DNA of 64,000 bases, taken from the human T2T-CHM13v2.0 reference genome, Homo sapiens. The notes under the pieces were generated by a model that did no database searches, had not been told where the DNA came from, and saw nothing but the letters and a program-made list of their open reading frames with translations. Positions 1 through 16,000 of the stretch are shown in pieces. The DNA is taken from assembly GCF_009914755.1 (NCBI RefSeq), contig NC_060937.1; one strand, given 5' to 3'. The position numbers were made by a program, and so were the translations under genes. Each line of letters begins with the position of its first letter. Positions within the stretch are counted from its first letter, which is position 1.

Positions 1-255
1 ATATTGTATACTGTACATAAAATATAAAAGTACCCCAAATATATATTATATACTGTACATAAAATATCAAAGTACCCATAATACATATTATATACTGTAC
101 ATAAAATATCAAAGGACCCAAAATAAACATTATATACTGTACATAAAATATCCAAATACTCAAAATATATATTACATACTGTACATAAAATATCAAAGTA
201 CCCAAATTATGTACTATATACTGTATGTAAAATATCAGAGTACCCAAAATATGCA

Positions 256-3200
256 TTATATACTGTACATAAAATATGAAAGTAACAAAACATTTATAAT
301 AAACTGTACATAAAATATCAAAGTACTCAAACTATATATCATATACTGTACATAAAATATCAAAGTACCCAAACTGTGTATTATTATATACTGTATATAA
401 AATATCAAAGTACCTGAAATATATATTGTATACTGTACATAAAATATCAAAGTACCCAAAATATATACTATATACTGTACATAAAATATGAAGGTACATC
501 AAATATATATTATATCCTGTACATAAAATAACAAAGTACACCTATTATATATTGTGTACTGTACATAATATATTAAATCGCCCAAATATATATTGTATAC
601 TGTATATAAAATATGAAGGTACTTCAAATATATATTATATGCTGCACATAAAATATCAAAGTACCCAAGGTATGCATTACATACTGTACATAAAATATCA
701 AAGTACACAAATTATATATTATATACTGTACATAAAATATGTAGGTTCATCAAATATATTTTATATTCTGTACATAATATATCAAAGTACATCAAATATA
801 TATTATATACGGTACATAAAATATCAAATTACCCAAAATATATATTATTTACTGTACATAAAATATGAAAGTAACCAAACATTTATAATAAACTGTACAT
901 AAATTATCAAAGTACTCAATCTACATATTATATACAGTATATAAAATATCAAAGTACACAAACTGTATATTATATACTGTACATAATATGTCAAAGTACC
1001 CAGAATATATAGCATACTGTACATACAATATCAAAGTACCCAAAATATATATTGTATACTGTACATAAAATATGAAGGTACATCAAAGATATATTATATT
1101 CTGTACATAAAATATCAAAGTACACCAAATATATATTATATGCTGTACATAATATATTAAAGTTGCCCATGTATACATTTTATACTGTACATAAAATATG
1201 AAGGTACATCAAATATATAGTATATGCTGCACATAAAATATCAAAGTACCCAAAGTATGTATTATATACTGTACATAAAATATCAAAGTACCAAAAGTAT
1301 ATATTACCTACTGTAAATAAAATGTGAAGATACCTCAAATATATATTATATTCTGTACATGAAATATCAAAGTACACCAAGTATATACTATATACTCTAC
1401 ATAAAATATTAAATTACCCAAAATATGTATTGTATTGTGTACATAAAATATGAAAATAACCAAACATTTATAATAAACTGTACATAAAATATCAAAGTAC
1501 TCAAACTTTATATTATATACTGTACATAAAGTATCAAAGTACCCAAACTGTGTAGTATATACTGTACATAAAATATCAAGGTACCCAAAATGTATATTGT
1601 AAACTGTAGATAAAATATCAAAGTACCCAAAATATATATTATATACTGTACATAAAATATGAAGGCACATCCAATATATATTATATTCTGTACATAAAAT
1701 ATCAAAGTACACCAAATGTATATTATATACTGTACATAAAATATAAAACTACCCCAAATATATATTATATACTCTACATAAAATATCAAAGTACCCAAAA
1801 TATATATTATATACTGTACATAATATATCAAAGTACCCATAGTATGTATTATATCCTGTACATAAAATATGAAAGTACGTCAAATATATATTCAATTCTG
1901 CACATAAAATATCATATTGCACCAAATATATATTGTATACTGTATATAAAATATGAAGGTACTTCAAATATATATTATATGCTGCACATAAAATATCAAA
2001 GTACCCAAAGTATGCATTATATACTGTACATAAAATATCAAAGTACCCAAAGTGTATATTATATACTGTACATAAAATATGAAGGTTCATCAAATATATT
2101 TTATATTCTGCACATAATATATCAAAGTACAGCAAATATATATTATATACTGTACATAAAATAACAAAGTAACAAAAATATGTATTATATACTGTACATA
2201 AAATATGAAAGTAACCAAATATTTATAATAAACTGTATATAAAATATCAAAGTACTCAAACTACATATTATATACAGTATATAAAATATCAAAGTACCCA
2301 AACTATATATTATATACTGTACATACTATATCAAAGTACCCGAATATAGAGCATACTGTACATAAAATATCAAATTACCCAAAATATATATTGTATACTG
2401 TACATAAAATATGAAGGTACATCAAAGATATATTATATTCTATACATAAAATATCAAAGTACACCAAATATATATTATATGCTGTACAGAATATATTAAA
2501 GTCGACCAAATGTATACTATATACTGTACATAAAATATGAAGGTACATCAAATATATATTATATGCTGCACATAAAATATCAAAGTACCCAAAGTATGTG
2601 TTATATACTGTACATAAAATATCAAAGTACCCAAAGTATATATTATATACTGTACATAAAATATAAAATACCCCAAATACATATTATATGCTGTACATAA
2701 AATATCAAAGTACACAAAATATGCATTATGTACTGTACATAAATTATCAAAGGACCCAAAATATATATTATATAATGTACATAAAATATCAAAATACCCA
2801 AAATATATATTATATACTGTACATAAAATACCAAAGTACCCAAAGTATATATTATATACTGTATAAAAAATATCAAAGTAGCCAAAATATGTATTATACA
2901 CTGTACATAATATATGAAAGTACCCAAATATTTATAATAAACTGTACATAAAATATCAATGTACTCAAACTATATATTATGTGCGGTACTTAAGATATCA
3001 AAGTACCCATACTATATAGTATGTACTGTACTTAAAATATCAAAATACCCAAAATATATATTATATACGTTACATAAACTATCAAATACACAAAGTATGT
3101 ATTACATACTGTACATAAAATAGCAAAGTTCCCAAAATATGTATTATATACTGTACATAAAATATGAAAGTACCCAACCATTTATAATAAACTCTACATA

Positions 3201-5661
3201 AAATACCAAAGTACCCAAACTGTGTATTATATACTCTCCATAAAATATCAAAGTACCCAAAATATATATTGTCAACTGTACATAAAATATCAAAGTACTC
3301 AATCTACATATTATATACAGTATATAAAATATCAAAGTACACAAACTGTATATTATATACTGTACATAATATATCAAAGTACCCAGAATATATAGCATAC
3401 TGTACTTAAAATATCAAAGTACCCAAAATATATATTGTATACTGTACATAAAATATGAAGGTACATCAAAGATATATTATATTCTGTACATAAAATATCA
3501 AAGTACACCAAATATATATTATATGCTGTACATAATATATTAAAGTTGCCCATATATACATTATATACTGTACATAAAATATGAACGTACATCAAATATA
3601 TAGTATATGCTGCACATAAAATATCAAAGTACCCAAAGTATGTATTATACACTGTACATAAAATATCAAAGTACCAAAAGTATATATTACATACTGTAAA
3701 TAAAATATGAAGGTACCTCAAATATATATTATATTCTGTACATAAAATATCAAAGTACACCAAGTATATACTATATACTCTGCATAAAATATTAAATTAC
3801 CCAAAATATGTATTGCATTGTGTACATAAAATATGAAAGTAACCAAACATTTATAATAAACTGTACATAAAATATCAAAGTACTCAAACTGTATATTATA
3901 TACTGTACATAAAGTATCAAAGTACCCAAACTGTGTAGTATATACTGTACATAAAATATCAAGGTACCCAAAATATATATTGTAAACTGTAGATAAAATA
4001 TAAAAGTACCCAAAATATATATTATATACTGTACATAAAATATGAAGGCACATCCAATATATATTATATTCTGTACATAAAATATCAAAGTACACCAAAT
4101 GTATATTATATACTGTACATAAAATATCAAAGTACCCAAAGTGTATATTATATACTGTACATAAACTATGAAGGTTCATCAAATATATTTTATATTCTGC
4201 ACATAATATATCAAAGTACAGCAAATATATATTATATACTGTACATAAAATATCAAAGTACCCAAAATATGTATTATATACTGTACATAAAATATGAAAG
4301 TAACCAAACATTTATAATAAACTGTACATAAAGTATCAAAGTACTCAAACTACATATTATATACAGTATATAAAATGTCAAAGTACCCAAACTGTATATT
4401 ATATACTGTACATAATATATCAAAGTACCCGAATATATAGCATACTGTACATAAAATATCAAAGTACCCAAAGTGTGTATTATACACTGCACATAAAATA
4501 TGAAGGTACATAAAATATATATTGTATTCTGTACATAAAATATCAAAGTACTCCAAATATATATTATATGCTGTACATAATATATTAAAGTCGCCCAAAT
4601 ATATATTATATACTGTACATAAAATATGAAGGTACATCAAATATATATTATATGCTGCACATAAAATATCAAAGTACCCAAAGTATGTGTTATATACTGT
4701 ACATAAAATATCAAAGTACCCAAAGTATATATTATATACTGTACATAAAATATAAAATACCCCAAATATATATTATATGCTGTACATAAAATATCAAAGT
4801 ACACAAAATATGTATTATATACTGTACATAAAATACCAAAGGACCCAAAATATATATTATATACTGTACATAAAATATCAAAATACCCAAAATATATATT
4901 ATATACTGTACATAAAATACCAAAGTACCCAAAGTATATATTATATACCGTACAAAAAATATCAAAGTAGCCAAAATATGTATTATACACTGTACATAAT
5001 ATATGAAAGTACCCAAACATTTATAATAAACTGTACATAAAATATCAATGTACTCAAACTATATATTATGTGCGGTACATAAGATATCAAATTACCCATA
5101 CTATATAGTATATACTGTACTTAAAATATCAAAATACCCAAAATATATATTATATACGTTACATAAACTATCAAATACACAAAGTATGTATTATATACTG
5201 TACATAAAATAGCAAAGTTCCCAAAATATGTATTATATATATTATAAATATGTACATAAAATATGAAAGTACCCAACCATTTATAATAAACTCTACATAA
5301 AACACCAAAGTACCCAAACTGTGTATTATATACTGTCCATAAAATATCAAAGTACCCAAAATATATATTGTAAACTCTACATAAAATATCAAAGTAGCCA
5401 AAATACATATTGTATACTGTACATAAAATATAAAAGTACCCCAAATATATATTATATACTGTACATAAAATATCAAAGTACCCATAATACATATTATATA
5501 CTGTACATAAAATATCAAAGGACCCAAAATAAACATTATATACTGTACATAAAATATCCAAATACTCAAAATATATATTACATACTGTACATAAAATATC
5601 AAAGTACCCAAATTATGTATTATATACTGTACGTAAAATATCAGAGTACCCAAAATATGCA
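256..5661 (+). repeat. Higher-order units A + B' fused by a 924-bp deletion (5406 bp)
   Basis: Landmark spacing 5406 = 3307 + 3023 - 924. Junction near 3274-3300, 10-bp insertion at 5240-5250. Confidence 0.85.
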
Positions 5662-8600
5662 TTATATACTGTACTTAAAATATGAAAGTAACAAAACATT
5701 TATAATAAACTGTACATAAAATATCAAAGTACTCAAACTATATATCATATACTGTACATAAAATATCAAAGTACCCAAACTGTGTATTATTATATACTGT
5801 ATATAAAATATCAAAGTACCTGAAATATATATTGTATACTGTACATAAAATATCAAAGTACACAAAATATATACTATATACTGTACATAAAATATGAAGG
5901 TACATCAAATATATATTATATCCTGTACATAAAATATCAAAGTACACCTATTATATATTGTTTACTGTACATAATATATTAAATCGCCCAAATATATATT
6001 GTATACTGTATATAAAATATGAAGGTACTTCAAATATATATTATAAGCTGCACATAAAATATCAAAGTACCCAAGGTATGCATTACATACTGTACATAAA
6101 ATATCAAAGTACACAAATTATATATTATATACTGTACATAAAATATGTAGGTTCATCAAATATATTTTATATTCTGTACATAATATATCAAAGTACATCA
6201 AATATATATTATATACGGTACATAAAATATCAAATTACCCAAAATATGCATTATTTACTGTACATAAAATATGAAAGTAACCAAACATTTATAATAAACT
6301 GTACATAAATTATCAAAGTACTCAATCTACATATTATATACAGTATATAAAATATCAAAGTACACAAACTGTATATTATATACTGTACATAATATGTCAA
6401 AGTACCCAGAATATATAGCATACTGTACATACAATATCAAAGTACCCAGAATGTATATTCTATACTGTACATAAAATATGATGGTACATCAAAGATATAT
6501 TATATTCTGTACATAAAATATCAAAGTACACCAAATATATATTATATGCTGTACATAATATATTAAAGTTGCCCATGTATACATTTTATACTGTACATAA
6601 AATATGAAGGTACATCAAATATATACTATATGCTGCACATAAAATATCAAAGTATCCAAAGTATGTATTATATACTGTACATAAAATATCAAAGTACCAA
6701 AAGTATATATTACCTACTGTAAATAAAATATGAAGGTACCTCAAATATATATTATATTCTGTACATGAAATATCAAAGTACACCAAGTATATACTATATA
6801 CTCTACATAAAATATTAAATTACCCAAAATATGTATTGTATTGTGTACATAAATTATGAAAGTAACCAAACATTTATAATAAACTGTACATAAAATATCA
6901 AAGTACTCAAACATTATATTATATACTGTACATAAAGTATCAAAGTACCCAAACTGTGTAGTATATACTGTACATAAAATATCAAGGTACCCAAAATGTA
7001 TATTGTAAACTGTAGATAAAATATCAAAGTACCCAAAATATATATTATATACTGTACATAAAATATGAAGGCACATCCAATATATATTATATTCTGTACA
7101 TAAAATATCAAAGTACACCAAATGTATATTATATACTGTACATAAAATAAAAAACTACCCCAAATATATATTATATACTCTACATAAAATATCAAAGTAC
7201 CCAAAATATATATTATACACTGTACATAAAATATCAAAGTACCCATAGTATGTATTATATCCTGTACATAAAATATGAAGGTACATCAAATATATATTCT
7301 ATTCTGCACATAAAATATCATATTGCACCAAATATATATTGTATACTGTATATAAAATATGAAGGTACTTCAAATATATATTATATGCTGCACATAAAAT
7401 ATCAAAGTACCCAAAGTATGCATTACATACTGTACATAAAATATCAAAGTACCCAAAGTGTATATTATATACTGTACATAAAATATGAAGGTTCATCAAA
7501 TATATTTTATATTCTGCACATAATATATCAAAGTACAGCAAATATATATTATATACTGTACATAAAATAACAAAGTACCAAAAATATGTATTATATACTG
7601 TACATAAAATATGAAAGTAACAAAATATTTATAATAAACTGTATATAAAATATCAAAGTACTCAAACTACATATTATATACAGTATATAAAATATCAAAG
7701 TACCCAAACTGTATATTATATACTGTACATACTATATCAAAGTACCCGAATATATAGCATACTGTACATAAAATATCAAAGTACCCAAAATATATATTGT
7801 ATACTGTACATAAAATATGAAGGTACATCTAAGATATATTATATTCTGTACATAAAATATCAAATTACACCAAATATATATTATATGCTGTACATAATAT
7901 ATTAAAGTCGACCAAATATATATTATATACTGTACATAAAATATGAAGATACATCAAATATATATTATATGCTGCACATAAAATATCAAAGTACCCAAAG
8001 TATGTATTATACACTGTACATAAAATATCAAAGTACCAAAAGTATATATTACATACTGTAAATAAAATATGAAGGTACCTCAAATATATATTATATTCTG
8101 TACATAAAATGTCAAAGTACACCAAGTATATACTATATACTCTGCATAAAATATTAAATTACCCAAAATATGTATTGTATTGTGTACATAAAATATGAAA
8201 GTAACCAAACATTTATAATAAACTGTACATAAAATATCAAAGTACTCAAACTGTATATTATATACTGTACATAAAGTATCAAAGTACCCAATCTGTGTAG
8301 TATATACTGTACATAAAATATCAAGGTACCCAAAATATATATTGTAAACTGTAGATAAAATATCAAAATACCCAAACTATATATTATATACTGTACATAA
8401 AATATGAAGGCACATCAAATATATATTATATTCTGTACATGAAATATCAAAGTACACCAAATGTATATTATATACTGTACATAAAATATCAAAGTACCCA
8501 AAGTGTATATTATATACTGTACATAAAATATGAAGGTTCATCAAATATATTTTATATTCTGCACATAATATATCAATGTACAGCAAATATATATTATATA

Positions 8601-9762
8601 CTGTACATAAAATATCAAAGTACCCAAAATATGTATTATATACTGTACATAAAATATGAAAGTAACCAAACATTTATAATAAACTGTACATAAAGTAACA
8701 AAGTACTCAAACTACATATTATATACAGTATATAAAATGCCAAAGTACCCAAACTGTATATTATATACTGTACATAATATATCAAAGTACCCGAATATAT
8801 AGCATACTGTACATAAAATATCAAAGTACCCAAAGTGTGTATTATACACTGCACATAAAATATGAAGGTACATAAAATATATATTGTATTCTGTATATAA
8901 AATATCAAAGTACTCCAAATATATATTATATGCTGTACATAATATATTAAAGTCGCCCAAATATATATTATATACTGTACATAAAATATGAAGGTACATC
9001 AAATATATATTATATGCTGCACATAAAATATCAAAGTACCCAAAGTATATATTATATACCGTACAAAAAATATCAAAGTAGCCAAAATATGTATTATACA
9101 CTGTACATAATATATGAAAGTACCCAAACATTTATAATAAACTGTACATAAAATATCAATGTACTCAAACTATATATTATGTGCGCTACATAAGATATCA
9201 AAGTACCCATACTATATAGTATATACTGTACTTAAAATATCAAAATACCCAAAATATATATTATATACGTTACATAAACTATCAAATACACAAAGTATGT
9301 ATCATATACTGTACATAAAATAGCAAAGTTCCCAAAATATGTATTATATACTGTACATAAAATATGAAAGTACCCAACCATTTATAATAAAGTCTACATA
9401 AAATACCAAAGTACCCAAACTGTGTATTATATACTGTCCATAAAATATCAAAGGACCCAAAATATATATCGTAAACTCTACATAAAATATCAAAGTAGCC
9501 AAAATACATATTGTATACTGTACATAAAATATAAAAGTACCCCAAATATATATTATATACTGTACATAAAATATCAAAGTACCCATAATACATATTATAT
9601 ACTGTACATAAAATATCAAAGGACCCAAAATAAACATTATATACTGTACATAAAATATCCAAATACTCAAAATATATATTACATACTGTACATAAAATAT
9701 CAAAGTACCCAAATTATGTATTATATACTGTACGTAAAATATCAGAGTACCCAAAATATGCA
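5662..9762 (+). repeat. Higher-order unit C with 251-bp deletion (4101 bp)
   Basis: 4101 = 4352 - 251. Offset to the unit at 24502 changes from 18840 to 19091 across ~9045. Confidence 0.85.
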
Positions 9763-12700
9763 TTATATACTGTACATAAAATATGAAAGTAACAAAACAT
9801 TTATAATAAACTGTACATAAAATATCAAAGTACTCAAACTATATATCATATACTGTACATAAAATATCAAAGTACCCAAACTGTGTATTATTACATACTG
9901 TATATAAAATATCAAAGTACCTGAAATATATATTTTATACTGTACATAAAATATCAAAGTACCCAAAATATATACTATATACTGTACATAAAATATGAAG
10001 GTACATCAAATATATATTATATCCTGTACATAAAATATCAAAGTACTCCTATTATATATTGTGTACTGTACATAATATATTAAATCGCCCAAATATATAT
10101 TGTATACTGTATATAAAATATGAAGGTACTTCAAATATATATTATATGCTGCACATAAAATATCAAAGTACCCAAAGTATGCATTACATACTGTACATAA
10201 AATATCAAAGTACACAAATTATATATTATATTCTGTACACAAAATATGTAGGTTCATCAAATATATTTTATATTCTGTACATAATATATCAAAGTACATC
10301 AAATATATATTATATACGGTACATAAAATATCAAAGTACCCAAAATATGTACTATTTACTGTACATAAAATATGAAAGTAACCAAACTTTTATAATAAAC
10401 TGTACATAAAATATCAAAGTACTCAATCTACCTATTATATACAGTATATAAAATATCAAAGTACACAAACTGTATATTATATACTGTACATAATATATCA
10501 AAGTACCCAGAATATATAGCATACTGTACATACAATATCAAAGTACCCAGAATGTATATTGTATACTGTACATAAAATATGAAGGTACATCAAAGATATA
10601 TTATATTCTGTACATAAAATATCAAAGTACACCAAATATATATTATATGCTGTACATAATATATTAAAGTTGCCCATGTATACATTTTATACTGTACATA
10701 AAATATGAAGGTACATCAAATATATAGTATATGCTGCACATAAAATATCAAAGTACCCAAAGTATGTATTATATACTGTACATAAAATATCAAAGTACCA
10801 AAAGTATATATTACCTACTGTAAATAAAATATGAAGATACCTCAAATATATATTATATTCTGTACATGAAATATCAAAGTACACCAAGTATATACTATAT
10901 ACTCTACATAAAATATTAAATTACCCACAATATGTATTGTATTGTGTACATAAAATATGAAAGTAACCAAACATTTATAATAAACTGTACATAAAATATC
11001 AAAGTACTCAAACTTTATATTATATACTGTACATAAAGTATCAAAGTACCCAAACTGTGTAGTATATACTGTACATAAAATATCAAGGTACCCAAAATGT
11101 ATATTGTAAACTGTAGATAAAATATCAAAGTACCCAAAATATATATTATATACTGTACATAAAATATGAAGGCACATCCAATATATATTATATTCTGTAC
11201 ATAAAATATCAAAGTACACCAAATGTATATTATATACTGTACATAAAATATAAAACTACCCCAAATATATCTTATATACTGTACATAAAATATCAAAGTA
11301 CCCAAAATATATATTATATACTGTACATAATATATCAAAGTACCCATAGTATGTATTATATCCTGTACATAAAATATGAAAGTACGTCAAATATATATTC
11401 TATTCTGCACATAAAATATCATATTGCACCAAATATATATTGTATACTGTATATAAAATATGAAGGTACTTCAAATATATATTATATGCTGAACATAAAA
11501 TATCAAAGTACCCAAAGTATGCATTATATACTGTACATAAAATATCAAAGTACCCAAAGTGTATATTATATACTGTACATAAAATATGAAGGTTCATCAA
11601 ATATATTTTATATTCTGCACATAATATATCAAAGTACAGCAAATATATATTATATACTGTACATAAAATAACAAAGTACCAAAAATATGTATTATATACT
11701 GTACATAAAATATGAAAGTAACCAAATATTTATAATAAACTGTATATAAAATATCAAAGTACTCAAACTACATATTATATACAGTATATAAAATATCAAA
11801 GTACCCAAACTATATATTATATACTGTGCATACTATAGCAAAGTACCCGAATATATAGCATACTGTACATAAAATATCAAATTACCCAAAATATATATTG
11901 TATACTGTACATAAAATATGAAGGTACATCAAAGATATATTATATTCTGTACATAAAATATCAAAGTACACCAAATATATATTATATGCTGTACAGAATA
12001 TATTAAAGTCGACCAAATGTATATTATATACTGTACATAAATTATGAAGGTACATCAAATATATATTATATGCTGCACATAAAATATCAAAGTACCCAAA
12101 GTATGTGTTATATACTGTACATAAAATATCAAAGTACCCAAAGTATATATTATATACTGTACATAAAATATAAAATACCCCAAATATATATTATATGCTG
12201 TACATAAAATATCAAAGTACACAAAATATGCATTATGTACTGTACATAAATTATCAAAGGACCCAAAATATATATTATATAGTGTACATAAAATATCAAA
12301 ATACCCAAAATATATATTATATACTGTACATAAAATACCAAAGTACCCAAAGTATATATTATATACTGTATAAAAAATATCAAAGTAGCCAAAATATGTA
12401 TTATACACTGTACATAATATATGAAAGTACCCAAACATTTATAATAAACTGTACATAAAATATCAATGTACTCAAACTATATATTATGTGCGGTACTTAA
12501 GATATCAAAGTACCCATACTATATAGTATGTACTGTACTTAAAATATCAAAATACCCAAAATATATATTATATACGTTACATAAACTATCAAATACACAA
12601 AGTATGTATTACATACTGTACATAAAATAGCAAAGTTCCCAAAATATGTATTATATACTGTACATAAAATATGAAAGTAACCAACCATTTATAATAAACT

Positions 12701-13069
12701 CTACATAAAATACCAAAGTACCCAAACTGTGTATTATATACTCTCCATAAAATATCAAAGTACCCAAAATATATATTGTCAACTGTACATAAAATATCAA
12801 AGTAGCCAAAATATATATAGTATACCGTACATAAAATATAAAAGTACCCCAAATATGTATTATATACTGTACATAAAATATCAAAGTACCGATAATACAT
12901 ATTATATACTGTACATAAAATATCAGAGGACCCAAAATAAACATTATATACTGTACATAAAATATCCAAATACTCACAATATATATTACATACTGTACAT
13001 AAAATATCAAAGTACCCAAATTATGTATTATATACTGTACGTAAAATATCAGAGTACCCAAAATATGCA
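9763..13069 (+). repeat. Higher-order unit A (3307 bp, 79 monomers)
   Basis: Landmark spacing 3307. Contains the A-specific block with AAACTACCCC and ATCATATTGCACC. Confidence 0.9.
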
Positions 13070-16000
13070 TTATATACTGTACATAAAATATGAAAGTAAC
13101 AAAACATTTATAATAAACTGTACATAAAATATCAAAGTACTCAAACTATATATCATATACTGTACATAAAATATCAAAGTACCCAAACTGTGTATTATTA
13201 TATACTGTATATAAAATATCAAAGTACCTGAAATATATACTGTATACTGTACATAAAATATCAAAGTACCCAAAATATATACTATATACTGTACATAAAA
13301 TATGAAGGTACATCAAATATATATTATATCCTGTACATAAAATATCAAAGTACACCTATTATATATTGTGTACTGTACATAATATATTAAATCGCCCAAA
13401 TATATATTGTATACTGTATATAAAATATGAAAGTACTTCAAATATATATTATATGCTGCACATAAAATATCAAAGTACCCAAAGTATGCATTACATACTG
13501 TACATAAAATATCAAAGTACACATATTATCTATTATATAATGTACATAAAATATGAAGGTTCATCAAATATATATTATATTCTGTACATAATATATCAAA
13601 GTACATCAAATATATATTATATACTGTACATAAAATATCAAAGTACCAAAAATATGTATTATATACTGTACATAAAACATGAAAGTAACCAAACATTTAT
13701 AATAAACTGTACATAAAATATCAAAGTACTCAATCTACATATTATATACAGTATATAAAATATCAAAGTACACAAACTGTATATTATATACTGTACATAA
13801 TATATCAAAGTACCCAGAATATATAGCATACTGTACTTAAAATATCAAAGTACCCAAAATATATATTGTATACTGTACATAAAATATGAAGGTACATCAA
13901 AGATATATTATATTCTGTACATAAAATATCAAACTACACCAAATATATATTATATGCTGTACATAATATATTAAAGTTGCCCATATATACATTATATACT
14001 GTACATAAAATATGAACGTACATCAAATATACAGTATATGCTGCACATAAAATATCAAAGTACCCAAAGTATGTATTATACACTGTACATAAAATATCAA
14101 AGTACCAAAAGTATATATTACATACTGTAAATAAAATATGAAGGTACCTCAAATATATATTATATTCTGTACATAAAATATCAAAGTACACCAAGTATAT
14201 ACTATATACTCTGCATAAAATATTAAATTACCCAAAATATGTATTGCATTGTGTACATAAAATATGAAAGTAACCAAACATTTATAATAAACTGTACATA
14301 AAATATCAAAGTACTCAAACTGTATATTATATACTGTACATAAAGTATCAAAGTACCCAAACTGTGTAGTATATACTGTACATAAAATATCAAGGTACCC
14401 AAAATATATATTGTAAACTGTAGATAAAATATCAAAGTACCCAAAATATATATTATATACTGTACATAAAATATGAAGGCACATCCAATATATACTATAT
14501 TCTGTACATAAAATATCAAAGTACACCAAATGTATATTATATACTGTACAAAAAATATCAAAGTACCCAAAGTGTATATTATATACTGTACATAAAGTAT
14601 GAAGATTCATCAAATATATTTTATATTCTGCACATAATATATCAAAGTACAGCAAATATATATTATATACTGTACATAAAATATCAAAGTACCCAAAATA
14701 TGTATTATATACTGTACATAAAATATGAAAGTAACCAAACATTTATAATAAACTGTACCTAAATTATCAAAGTACTCAAACTACATATTATATACAGTAT
14801 ATAAAATGTCAAAGTACCCAAACTGTATATTATATACTGTACATAATATATCAAAGTACCTGAATATATAGCATACTCTACATAAAATATCAAAGTACCC
14901 AAAGTGTGTATTATACACTGCACATAAAATATGAAGGTACATAAAATATATATTGTATTCTGTACATAAAATATCAAAGTACTCCAAATATATATTATAT
15001 GCTGTACATAATATATTAAAGTCGCCCAAATATATATTATATACTGTACATAAAACATGAAGGTACATCAAATATATATTATATGCTGCACATAAAATAT
15101 CAAAGTACCCAAAGTATGTGTTATATACTGTACATAAAATATCAAAGTACCCAAAGTATATATTATATACTGTACATAAAATATAAAATACCCCAAATAT
15201 ATATTATATGCTGTACATAAAATATCAAAGTACACAAAATATGCATTATGTACTCTACATAAATTATCAAAGGACCCAAAATATATATTATATAATGTAC
15301 ATAAAATATCAAAATACCCAAAATATATATTATATACTGTACATAAAATACCAAAGTACCCAAAGTATATATTATATACTGTATAAAAAATATCAAAGTA
15401 GCCAAAATATGTATTATACACTGTACATAATATATGAAAGTACCCAAATATTTATAATAAACTGTACATAAAATATCAATGTACTCAAACTATATATTAT
15501 GTGCGGTACTTAAGATATCAAAGTACCCATACTATATAGTATGTACTGTACTTAAAATATCAAAATACCCAAAATATATATTATATACGTTACATAAACT
15601 ATCAAATACACAAAGTATGTATTACATACTGTACATAAAATAGCAAAGTTCCCAAAATATGTATTATATACTGTACATAAAATATGAAAGTACCCAACCA
15701 TTTATAATAAACTCTACATAAAATACCAAAGTACCCAAACTGTGTATTATATACTCTCCATAAAATATCAAAGTACCCAAAATATATATTGTCAACTGTA
15801 CATAAAATATCAAAGTACTCAATCTACATATTATATACAGTATATAAAATATCAAAGTACACAAACTGTATATTATATACTGTACATAATATATCAAAGT
15901 ACCCAGAATATATAGCATACTGTACTTAAAATATCAAAGTACCCAAAATATATATTGTATACTGTACATAAAATATGAAGGTACATCAAAGATATATTAT

